From Mobula hypostoma (taxonomy: Eukaryota), in assembly GCF_963921235.1 (NCBI RefSeq), contig NC_086108.1, positions 2,418,001 to 2,482,000 on the forward strand: 64,000 bases of DNA, written 5' to 3'. Positions 35,626-47,400 of the stretch are shown here, in pieces. The position numbers and the translations under genes are program-made. The notes below the pieces were generated by a model that saw nothing but the letters and a program-made list of their open reading frames with translations, was not told where the DNA came from and did not search any database. Positions within the stretch are counted from its first letter, which is position 1, and every line of letters starts with the position of its first letter.

Positions 35626-38033
35626 AAGAAGTTCAATGACACAATTTCCATATACATCAAACAACAAATTTCCTAACATATGTCAGTGATAATAAACCTG
35701 ATTCTCTTCCCCTTAATTCTCCATCTTCCAGCCATGTTCCCAAGTAGGCAACGCAAGGTTAGGAATTGTCCCGGCACTCACATTCGGAATGTTGCAAGCT
35801 CATCAGAGGCAATTTGTAGCCAATGAATTACTTGAACTGTGTAATTATTGTAATACATACTTTTCATGTTGCTATTGTTCTGTCTTGCCAGAATTTTGTT
35901 CCATACCTGTCATTGTGTTAAGTGGATCTCGTTTATTCTGCTCCTCTGTTTCTCTTGTCAGCAGGTTTGCAAAAGAAGCCACTTTGCTGAATATCACAGG
36001 ATCCTCTTTCAAAACAATGCAGTTTTGCCAGAATTCAGTTCGATTCAAATTTAATTGTCATTCAGCCATACACGAATACTCATGAATACAGCCAAATGAG
36101 ACAGCATTACTCCGAGGTCAGGGTGCAAAACACAGTACCAACAGTCACACACGAGATAGCAAGCGCAAATGGTATCACAATTACGCAATAAAAGAGTCAA
36201 AGACTCACACCATCAATCCACAGTCGACCACAATAGAGTCAGTCTCCCACTGAGTGAACAGTGGGTGGGGGAGTCTGCGTTTAATTAGTATGAACTTGTC
36301 TTTTGGAACATAGAACAGTTTAGCACAGGAACAGACCCTTCAGCCCACAATGTTTTGCTGAATAAGCTTAAAAAGTAAATTAAAAAAACCAAAAACTAAC
36401 CCCTCCTATCTACACAATGTCCATATCCCTCCATCTTCCTTGTATTCTTGTGCCTATCTAAATGGCTCTTAAAAACCTCGAATATACGTCTTTGCCTCTA
36501 CCATCATACCAGGCAGCACATTCTAGGCATCCACCACTCTCTGAGGGGGAGAAAAAATTACCCCTCACTTCCCCTTTCAAACCTATCCCTCTCACCTTCA
36601 ATGTATTAGACATTATCTTGGTCAGCTGATGGCCCTTCCCATCTCTCACATCAGAAGGCTTGTGGATCCCAGACCTAGAGGTCGAAGCTACGAACTTAAG
36701 GCAATTAGAGTTGAGTAGGCCACTTGGCCCCTCAGTTCTACCCCATCATTCAGCCGGATCCTGTTTGAAATGCACCCCCCTCACCCCACCGTTCCCAAAA
36801 GCACACTATCCTGCAACCTTTCAAAAATACATCTATTTCCTGATCATCTATATTTTAGTGATTTGATCTCCATGGTGCTGCAGGTAGTGAATTCCAGAGG
36901 TTCTGCAAGAATAGGTTGATGTTCTATAGGATGAAGGAAGTGCTGTACTGTTGGAGATGTAGAGTTTTGGATTAAATACTAATTTGAGGCCCTGTTCATC
37001 CAATCAGATGGATATTTCTTTTTTTTTAAATCTGCCTTTTTTTTTGAAGGTATAAGTAAATTTTTTGTCACGGTATTCAGTATGATAATCTTCAGTTCAT
37101 AATGTGTTTCTAAAAAGGTGGTGTTCATCATTAAGGATCCCCATCACCCAGGACATGTCCTCTTCTTGTTGTTGTCATCAAGGAAGAGGTACAGGAACCT
37201 GAAGATACACTCAACAGTTCAGGGACAGCTTCTTCCCCTCTGTCATCCAATCTCAGAATGAACACTGCCTCATTTTTTAATTTCTATCTTTGCAACACAT
37301 ACATTCACACACACTGTGTATTTGCTGTAGTTCACAAATTATTTTTCTATGATTATGTATTGCATTGTACTGCTGCCACAAAGACAACACATTTCAGGAC
37401 GTATGCCAGTGATATTAAACCTAATTTTGATTTTTTTTTTAAGTCTTTCATTCCCCAGTGCTGACGCCTAGAATTCTACAGTATGGGAGTGGGCCATTTG
37501 GCCCAACTAAGCCATGCATCTATCACTCTGTGTATAAAAAGAGAACACAAAACCATTCCTCTGACATTTCTTTCCCCCAGCAATACTTTTCTCCCAACTC
37601 CTTGAAAAATTTTGTATCCTTGTTTTAGCCATTTCTACTCTGGCGGGGGGGTGGGGGGTGAAGTCACTGGCTATCCACTCAATCTCTGCCTCTTATCGTC
37701 TTGTACACCGCTATCAAGTCACCTCTCATCCTTCTTCAATCCAAAGAGAAACACCCTAGCTGGCTCAACCTATCCTCATAAGCCATGCTCCCTAGTTCCC
37801 ACATTATCTGTCTATTAGTGTTGTAATTATACCTGCCTCGACCACGTCCTCTGGCAGTTTGCTTCATGTACTTACCATCCTCTCACCACCCCCCCCCGCC
37901 TGTACTGTGAAGTGTTGTGCTAACCACTACGCTACCGTGTTGCCCCGCAAAGTTATTTTAACTCTGTTGTCACAAAGTTTGCTTCACTCTGACAAGAAAT
38001 TATGTAACCTGCGATTTATTTGTCTTTGGACAG

Positions 38034-39098
38034 AATCCCCTTCGCATCCTCAGTTCGGATGTCAGCTGGAAGGGAAGCTCTGCGTCTCTGGGCTGGGCCA
38101 GGACAAGCGTGAGAAGAAGAAGAGCTCCAACCTTGCCTTGCTGAAGAAGAAGCTGTTCAGGCGGCGCAAGTCGGCCAAATCGGCTGACCATGCCAAGCAC
38201 ATGCGGGAGCTCCTCTGCAGCTGGGATGTGCGAGACGTGGGCCTGCTGGTGAAGCAATATGAAGCGGCTCTGGCCGTGAAGGAGCTGGCAATTCAAGCAT
38301 GTGTGGCCAGGCCAGAGGCCAGCCGCTTAAATGAGGATTTGGCCAAGTTGTACCAGTTCAAGTACTGTACGGATGTGGACCTGATATTCCAGGGTACATG
38401 CTTTCCTGTCCATCGCGCCATCCTGGCAGCGCGGTGCCCTTTCTTCAAAACCCTCCTCCTGTCTAACCTGGACCGTGCGGAGTTGGTTATGGACATCAGC
38501 ACTGTTGGCATAGACATACCGATATTGTCTTCGCTATTGCACTACTTGTACAGTGGAGAGTTTGGCGTGCGGGATTCCCAGATCAAAAATGTTGACATCC
38601 TAGTGCGTCTCAGTGAGGAGTTTGGCATGCCCAATGCCCTTCACTTTGACATCTACAGCCTCCTGGAGAGTTGCTGCTATTACGACGCGGTCCTCAGCTT
38701 CACCTCCAGCCCCGAGGCCTCCGACGGCTTCGAAGGGTGCCGCCTGGAAGGTGACTTCCGCTGCCACAAGGCCATCCTCTGCGCCCGCTCGCCGTTCTTC
38801 CGCAACCTCCTCCAGAAGCGGATCCGCAGCGGGGAGGAAACCACAGACCGGACCTTGCAGACCCCAGCCAGGATTGTTCTGAACGAGGCAATCATTCCAA
38901 AGAAGTATGCAAAGGTTATTTTGCATTGCATGTACACAGACCTGGTGGACCTGGATTTGGTCCTACCATTCAGCCCGTCTACAGGGAGTTTGAGGGAAGT
39001 GCAGGATGAATCAGGGAAGGACAGCGAAACCCGGTTGGAAAACGCAATGGAACTGTTCCATATCGCACTCTTCATTGAATTCGACATGTTGGCCCAAG
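38034..39098 (+). CDS. BTBD7: BTBD7-like large exon encoding two BTB/POZ domains and a basic NLS-like segment
   Basis: Lies inside ORF 37859..39199. Motifs LKKKLFRRRKSAKSADHAKHMRELL, YKYCTDVDLIFQGTCFPVHRAILAARCPFF-like, HKAILCARSPFFRNLLQKRIR and MELFHIALFIEFDMLAQG match BTBD7 as I recall it. Acceptor cAG at 38031-38033, donor GTAAG at 39099; 1065 nt, phase 1/1. Confidence 0.95.
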
Positions 39099-39107
39099 GT
39101 AAGGAAA

Positions 39108-40050
39108 ACATAGAACATAGAACAGTACAGGACAGGAACAGGCTCTTCGGTGCCAAACCAGCTAAAAAGTCAGTCAAACCCCTCTCCCCAAAATCTTAAC
39201 CCTCCTACCTGCACCATGTCCATATGCCTCTGTCTTCCTGACATCCATGTGCCTTTCCAAAGGTCTGTTCAAAGCCTCTAAAATATTTGCCTCTACCACC
39301 ATACTGGGCAGCGTATCCATCACTCTGAATAAAAAAAACTTACCCCCTCACATCCCCCTTAAGCCTACCCCCTCTCACCTTCAATGCATGCCCTCTGATA
39401 TTAGACATTTCAACCCTGGGAAGCAGATACTCTCTGTCCACTCTGTCTATGCCTCCCATAATCTTGTAAACCTCTATCAGATCTCCCCTCAGCATCCACT
39501 GCTCTGGAGAAAACAGCCCAAGTTTATCCAGCCTCTTGTGATAGGATATGCCCTCTAAACCAGGCAACATCCTCATAAACCTCTATTGCACAGTCTCCGA
39601 AGCCTTAACGTCCTTCCTCTAGTGGGGCAACCAGAACTGTATACTCCAGAAGTGGCCTAATCGGAGATTTGTAAAGTTGCAACATAACCTCTTGACTTTT
39701 GAAATTAATGCCTCAACTAGTAAAAGCAAGCATCCCATAAATGGCCTTAACCACCCTAGCGACCTGTGAAGCCACTTTCAAAGGGCTATAAACTTGGATC
39801 CCAAGATCTCCCTGCACAGCAACACTGTTGAGGATCTTGCCCTTAACGGTGTACTGTCTCCTTGCATTTGCCCTCCCAAGATGCAACACCTCACATTTAT
39901 CTAGGTTAAATGCCATCTACCATTTCTCAGACCATATCTACATTTGATCTATTCTTTGCCAGTCTTCCACACTATCCACAACTGCACCAATCTTGGTATC
40001 ATCTGCAAATTTACTAACCCACCCATCTACATTTTCGTCTAGGTCATACA
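39108..40050 (-). mobile_element. CR1 LINE 3' fragment
   Basis: MAFNLDKCEVLHLGR, LRGDLIEVYKIM, RGHALKV; (TTCTATG)-type tail adjacent to the exon donor. Confidence 0.88.
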
Positions 40051-40777
40051 TGCTTAGGGGGACAAAATGAGGGTGGCTGCTTGATTGGCAGTATGCTGTA
40101 CCCGTGTGATCTTCTCGCTCTCTTTGATGAAGAGTTAGAGCCTGTCAGTCCTCGAGTCAGTTGGCTCAGAGAAGCAAAGCAGAAGATTGTAACATGGGAA
40201 CAGTGAGCTGTAGTCTCCCGCTGTCGTTGTTGCAGGAGTGACCTCTCTTTCTATGAATAATGAAGTGTTGGGTTATGGACTGTAGTTTTTGACGGACTGT
40301 AGATCACGGTCTATTTGGGGGCTTGCTGTTGCTTGCATGGTATGGGGAGGAGTGTCTGTGATTTGCTGGGGGACAGTCATTGCTTATGCTGCTGCTTGTG
40401 CATAGGGGAGGGGGGCTTTGGGGTTATGATGTTTCATTCATTCTTAAGGGTTTTTCCTGTTTTGAGGATGTCTGTGAAGAGTAAGAATTACAGGTTGTAT
40501 ACTGTATATATTCTCTGACATAAAATTGAACCGTTGACCTCTGCTCACCCATGCAAGTTTCTGAAGTGGGCTCAGCCCAGAGAGGCAGAGCTTCCCGTCC
40601 AGCTGACATCTGAACTGAGGATGTGAAAGGCATTCTTCAACAACTTTTGAAATTGTTTAAAACTAACTTTTGCATCCTAGGCTAAACTGTTCATAAAACA
40701 ATGATCAGACTCCAGTTCGGTGCAGGCTCGAAGGGCCGAATGGCCTTCTCCTGTACATATTTTCTATATTTCTAGAT

Positions 40778-41342
40778 TGTTGTGATCTGAGGCCTGTGTC
40801 GGTCAGGATCAACCATGGATGTTGTATTCTAGCAGTCTAGATATGCCAGTACAATATGGAGAGCAAGCTGTTGCCCACGTAACAGGCTTCCCCACTCCAT
40901 GCATCTGGCAAGCCCAAAGGAATGGCCGAGACCGATATATTTTGGCACCAGCAGCATTGTGGGAGTTGCCAGTCAGCATTGAGCTGAACGCAAGTCTGCC
41001 TTCCAGCTCCAGATTTTTCCCTCGAGGGTGTACTCCCGAAGCCTCCCCCATGAGTGAATATAGCCATAAGGCAGCAAATGTTTGAGATCAGAATTTTCCT
41101 TCTCCAAGATCAGCTGCCAACCACGGCCGACAAGAGCCATCTGCCTGAAGCATCTGTCTGGTTCTAAGGGACAATAATCCGCCTTTGCCGCTTCTTCTGT
41201 CAGTAGAAACTGTACTGCCAGGCTTAGTAGCTAGGTCACACGTTAAGGCCAGGAGCTGGATGTGGTTGTCAGAGGCTATTTGAGATGCATGTCATTGGGA
41301 GCATTTAAAAGATAGTGGGAGCTTATCCTCATTACTACCCCT
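40778..41342 (-). mobile_element. Probable bipartite RTE-derived non-autonomous element
   Basis: 5' GGGGTAGTAATGAGGATAAGCTCCCAC...CTCAAATAGCCTCTGACAACC resembles RTE 5' UTRs as I recall them; no ORF; short ACA-type tail. Confidence 0.5.
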
Positions 41343-42177
41343 GGCTATAACAACTTTAAGAAGCTACTTCTGGCTATTCTTTTTAAAAAGGATGTGCCTT
41401 GGGAAGTTGATGTGATTTACTGGAATGGTACCGAAAGTTAGTAATTTTGGTTGCAGAAAGAGCAGGAAAGTTGGAAGTATTCCCTTGAGGATCGAAAAAA
41501 AGTTGTGGGGTGATATGATATTCAAAATCAGAAAGATGTTTTATAAATAGGAAATTGTTTCAAGTGTACAGTTATTGGTAACCAAAGAGCACACATTTGT
41601 GGTGTTGTCAAAAAATGGAATGCCATACAAAATTGAGGGATATAGACAGGATAAATACAAGCAGGCTTTTTCCCACTGAGATTGGGTTTGACTAGAACTA
41701 GGGGTCATAGGTTAACGGTGAAAGCTGAAGGAGCCTGAAGGCAAACACTTAAGGTATTGGAAGACGACACAGGATCTCCAGGAGCAACTTGGAAGCAGCG
41801 CCTTTTTGAGGTGTGGCCCTGAGGACAAACTGATTCCTCATTGACGTCATAGATTGAAGCATTGTGGGAGATCTATCTCTGTCTCTCTGGATGGACAGTA
41901 GTTTTTGATGGACTATAGATTATGATCTTTGGGAACGTAACTGCATGGTGGGGGGGTTGATGCTTTTTGTTGGAACAAGTGGGAGGAGGATTGCTGTTTT
42001 GCTGCTGACTGTGTGTGGTGGGGTCTTTGGAGTTGTAATGTTTTTTCTGTCATTCATTTTTGCGGTGTCTTTCTTCTGTTTTGTGGATATCTGAGAAGAG
42101 TAAGGATTTCAGGTTGTGTGCCATATACATTCTTTGACATTAAATGAAACCATTGAACTTCTTCACTCAGAGGGTAA

Positions 42178-43035
42178 TGATGAGTTTGAGTACAGAGAGG
42201 AGATTAAGAACCTGGTGGCATGGTGCGAAGACTATCCCTCAACGTCAGCAAGATGAAGGAATTGGTTGTTGACTTCAGAAGGAGTAGCGGACCACACGAC
42301 CCAATTTACATCGGTGGTGCGCAAGTGGAACAGGTCAAAAGCTTTAAGTTCTTCATGGTCAATATCACAAATGACCTGACTGGTCCAACCAAGCAGAGTC
42401 CACTGCCAAGAAGGCCCACCAGCGCCTTTACTTCCTGAGAAAACTAAAGAAATTTGGCCTGTCCCCTAAAACCCTCACTAATTTTTATAGATGCACCGTA
42501 GAAAGCATTCTTCTAGGGTGCATCACAACCTGGTATGGAAGTTGTCCTGTCCAAGACCGGAAGAAGCTGCAGAAGATCATGAACACAGCGCAGCACAGCA
42601 CATCACACAAACCAATCTTCCGTCCTTAGACTCCCTTTACACCGCACGCTGTCGGAGCAGTGCTGCCAGGATAATCAAGGACACCACCCACCCAGCCAAC
42701 AGACTTTTCGTCCCTCTTCCCTCCGGGAGAAGGCTCAGGAGCTTGAAGACTCGTACGGCCAGATTTGGGAACAGCTTCTTTCCAACTGTGATAAGACTGC
42801 TGAACGGATCCTGACCCGGATCTGGGCTGTACCCTCCAAATATCCGGACCTGCCTCTTGGTTTTTTTGCACTACCGTACTTTCCATTTTTCTATTTTCTA
42901 TTTATGATTTATAATTTAAATTTTTAATATTTACTATTGATTTTTACTCCAGGGAGCAGGAAGTGCAGAATTAAATATCGCTATGATGATTGTATGTTCT
43001 ATATCAATTGTCTGGCAACAATGAAGTATAAAGTA
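42178..43035 (+). mobile_element. Rex1/Babar-type LINE 3' fragment
   Basis: LNVSKMKELVVDFRR; HPANRLFVPLPSGRRLRSLKTRTARFGNSFFP; AAAGTATAAAGTA tail. Confidence 0.88.
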
Positions 43036-43924
43036 CAAAGAGTGCGGAATAAGCTTCCAGTGGAAGTGGTGGATGCTTGTTTGATTGCAACAGTTAAGAA
43101 GAGTTTGAAAAAATCCATGGATGGGAAGTATATGGAGGGTTGTTGTCCAAATGCAGGTCAATGGGACTAGGTAGAATAACAGTTTGGCATGGACTAGATG
43201 GGCCAAATGCCCCGTTTCTGTGCTCTGTTACTCTATGACCATAATTTGTGGAGTGGTACCATTGGCAGAGTAATTGTGATAGAGTACATGTGTCTCAGAA
43301 ATGTTAGTTTTTCTTTTGCCTGTAATGCAGTTGGCGATTTATGACAGCAATGAAGATTCTCCATCTCTGGCAGCATTCACAGCTTCCTTCATCATGTCAG
43401 CAATTCGGCTGACTGACTGTCTTGCATATTTCAGGTGGAGACTCAGGAATACCGTCCTGACTCCGATGTAGAAGGATTCTTCATTGCTGTTTCTGTAACA
43501 ATTTTACCAGTCAGGGTTGTTAACCCTGAGCTGAACCCCCTGAACCCAGAGCACCGGTGAACCGCTCTTAGTTTGGCCTCCACCCTTTAACCTGTTCGGC
43601 ATGGGTGACCCAGCCAAGAGTCAGAAAATAAACCCTTGACTCCAGCCAACGTCGCTGTTGGTCATTGAGGCACACAAGCCTCCAAATCCAGTGACAAGGT
43701 CTGATCCTCTTGGAGGGAAATGTCAGTTGAAGAAATTGAACATTAACTTTCAAAAGGAGATTTGATAAAATGAGGGTGAAAGTAACAGCTGCTGATTACT
43801 TGTAGTGATTAAAGAAGATCGAAACTGTGCTAAGCCATTTGAGTGCTCTGCCACTCATTAAGGATGTGTCTAATATTTATTTGTTCTGTTAGTGTACCAA
43901 CCCCGTGTACCTCATTCCCTTAGT

Positions 43925-44460
43925 ATACCATCTTCCAAGTGGCCAAATATTTTAATTCCAATTCCCATTCCCATTCTGACACATCAGTCCCTGGCCGCCT
44001 CTGGTGTCAGATTGAGGCCACCCTTGCTGCAGAAGCAGTTCCTTATATTCTGGGTTCCCTCCAACCTGATGGCATGAATATTGATTTCTCCATCTGATGA
44101 ACAAATTCTATCACACCCCCCCCCATTCCCCACTCACTTCTTTTCACCTGCCTCTTGCTTCCCCCTGGGTCCCCTCCTCCTTCCCTTTCTCCTGTTGTCC
44201 ACTCTCCTCTCCTGTCAGATTCCTTCTTCACCAGCCCCAGACTTTTCCCATGCACTTGGGTTTACCCATCACCTTCCAACTAACCTCCTTCTCCTCCCCA
44301 CAACCTTTCTCTTTTGGTGTCTTCTCCCCTTCTCCTGAAGAGGGACCTTGGCCTGACACGTCGACTGTTTATTCCTCTCCATAGATGTTGCCTGATCTCC
44401 TGAGTTCCTCCAGCATTGTGAGTATGTGTTGCTTTGGATTTTGAGCATCTGCAGACTTCC
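43925..44460 (+). mobile_element. Decayed Penelope-like 3' fragment
   Basis: CCAAGTGGCC...TTTTAATTCC and CTCCAACCTGATGGCATGAATATTGA motifs; pLTR ends GCATCTGCAGA. Confidence 0.75.
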
Positions 44461-47400
44461 ATGTGTATGATTGCTAAACTTTGTGGTCGAGATGGTGTCA
44501 GCGTACAACACTCCCTTGATCAACATCTTCCAGATAGCTCACGAAAATATCTCTCGTACTACTTTTGTGTCTGTTTTTCACCTTAAATGCATTTCTGGGA
44601 CTGTAATTTACAGTTTTGAGATCTGGGAAGATTCCAGGGAACCAGCCTGTACTTGACGCAAAGAAATTTTGAGGTGCTACGCAAGCCGATGTTTGACTGC
44701 ACTTTGTCGTTTAAAACATCCATTAATCGCCGACTAAAGTGTCGGAAAATTGAGACACCGAGGCAAATGCGGAAGTGCGAGAGTTTCAACCTGACTGCCT
44801 GCCTTTTGATTGCTGCTGGAGGAGACTGAGCAGCCTGTTGCTGTGGCAGGCAGGTAGGCCTCTCTGCCTCATTTGGTGACCTTCTCTTTCAGTGAATGTC
44901 AGTGATCTTGTAGAATGGTATCGTGGTTCTGCGTTTATGAATTGGACTATTGCATGGACTGTGGACTTTTTCAGACTTTTTAAAATCGCCCATTCCTTTT
45001 CGGTTTTGTTGTGCAGGGGGAGCGCGTTTGGGGGTTGATGTTCTGTTAGTTATCAGTGTGGGGGAGGGGAGTTTTGGTGGGGAGTTAATGATTGGGATGT
45101 CATTCTTTTTTGTACGGGGTGTGGTGGGTTCTCTGAACACCTTTCATGTTCTTTGTTTTGTGGCAATCTGGAGAATACAGATTTCAGAGTTGGATATGGA
45201 TACATGCTTTAATAATAAATGAGCCTTCTTAAAATTTTCTTAACCTGTCTTCAGTGAATCACGGACATGTTGTGAACTTCTTGTTTTGTGGTAACAGTCC
45301 AGTGCCAAACACAAAAAATTAGAATTACAGTAAGAAATGTAAAATAAATAACACCAAGTAGTAAAGAGGTAGTGTTCATGGACCGTTCAGAAATCTGAGC
45401 AGAAGCTGTTCCTAAAACAGTATGTGTGTGTCTTCAGTCTCTTTTACCATCTTTCAGATGATAAAGTGCATGTATCGGACAGTGAGGGCCGTCAATGATG
45501 GGTGTGTCTTTATCGAGGTTCAGTCCTTTGAAGATATCCTCGATAATGGGGAGGCTAGTGCTCATGATCATGACTGCAACCCTCTGCAGTTCTTTTCGAT
45601 TCTGGCTTTGGATCCTCCATACCAGATGGTAATGCAACCAGTCAGAATGCTCTCCATTTGTGTAGAAATATGCCAGAGTCAAATCTCCTCACATTCCTAA
45701 TGAAGCATAACTGCTGTCTTGTCTTCTTTATGATTGCATTAATATGTTGGGCCCAAGATAGATCCTCTGAGATGTTGACACCCAGGAACTTGAAGCTGCT
45801 CATCCTTTCTTCTGCTGACACCTTCCTTGATGAAGACCAGTATGTGTTCTCCCAACTTCCCCTTCCTGAGATCCAGAACCTTGCACTCAAATGCCAGTAT
45901 AGCTAGAAGGTGATAGGTGAAGCATAGGGGTAGAAAAAGTAAAGGGCTGGAGAGGAAGGAGTCTGATAGGAGAGGAGAATGGACCACAAAAGAAAGGGAA
46001 GGAGGAGGGTTACCGGGAGGAGGTGATGGGCAAGTGAGAAGAGGTAAGAGGTCAGAATGGGGAATAGAAGAACAGGGAGAGGGAAGCAATTTTTTTAAAC
46101 CAGAAGGAGGAATTGATATTCATGCCATCAGGTTGGAAGCTACCCAGACTAAGTATAAGGAGTTGCTCCTGCACACTGAGGGTGGCCTCATTGTGGGGTT
46201 CCCACTGTCTCCGAAGAACTTCCTCAAATCTAAGTCCTGATGAGCAGATGCCTTGTTTTGAAATGGTGAAATCCTAGAAAGCGTAGTGAGGAGAAATCAC
46301 AGGACAATTTGCAATGACCGATTTACCTACTAACCAGTATGTCTTTGCACTGTGGGAGGAAACCAGAGCACCAGAGGAAAGCCCCGCAGTTTACGGGAAA
46401 GACATACAAACTCCTTACAGACAGCTCAGGCATCGAACTCTATATGCCCTTATTTTTCTAAACTCCTGGAGAGTCAAGTCTTCGTAGGTCAAATTTTCCC
46501 TCATTTCAGGAATCAATCCACAGAACCTTTGCTATCCCTCTGTTCTGAGTGTATCCTTCCCAAGATCAGGAGAATAGATCAGCACACAATGTCTTGCTGA
46601 AGCCCTGTATGCTTTTGTTCTTCTCTACTTCTTGATTGTTTGCCCTTGTTACAAGTTAGCTTTAACTGATTCATGTAGCAAGACACTAAAGTACCTTTCA
46701 ACACTAACATCTCTCAACATTTTAAAGAAAAAGTACTGAGTTTTATCTGTTATCTGCCAAAGTGAACAACTTTATTTTTCTACATCATATTCAGTGTGCC
46801 TTGTCCTTGCCATTTCACATATCCTGTCCATATCCCTCTGACACTTCTACGGATCCTCTTCATAACCTACACTGCTGTCTAGCTTTGTGTCATAGGCCCA
46901 TCTGGTCTGTGCTGAACCATCATTCTGCCTATTCCCAATGACTCCCATCCATGTACTTATCCAAACTGCTCTTAAATATTAAAATTGATTCCACATCCAC
47001 TACTCACCCAACCTCAGTGGGGAAAAGCCCTGCTTGCATTTACCCTATCTGTACCCTCTCTTTTTACCTCTATCTGTACCCTCTCTCCTCTCCACTGCAC
47101 TCCAGGGGATAAAGTTCTAACCAATGCAACCTTTCCCTAGGGCTCAGGTCCTCAAGTCCCAGCAATATTCTTGCAAATTTTCTCTGTATTTTTTCAATCT
47201 TAATCTTTTCTGTGAGTAGGTGACCATAATGCTTCAAATTGGGCCTTACCAACATCTTAAACAACTTCAACATAACATCCCAACTCTTGTACTCAATACT
47301 CTGATTTATGAAGGCCAACAAGCCCAAGAGCTCTCTTTACAATCCTCCCTATCGGTGACCAAGCATGGAGGGGTGGTGATCTGTCTCTACTGAAGGAGGT

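Noticed and set aside
37859..38033. N-terminal extension of the 446-aa ORF as a single-exon gene
   Set aside because: It begins with TTG in repeat-derived sequence. Similarity to BTBD7 starts at the AG acceptor (38033), and the real N-terminus is the exon at 25294.
38000..39177. Antisense and alternative-frame ORFs overlapping the large exon
   Set aside because: Expected by-product of GC-rich codon usage; no recognisable motifs.
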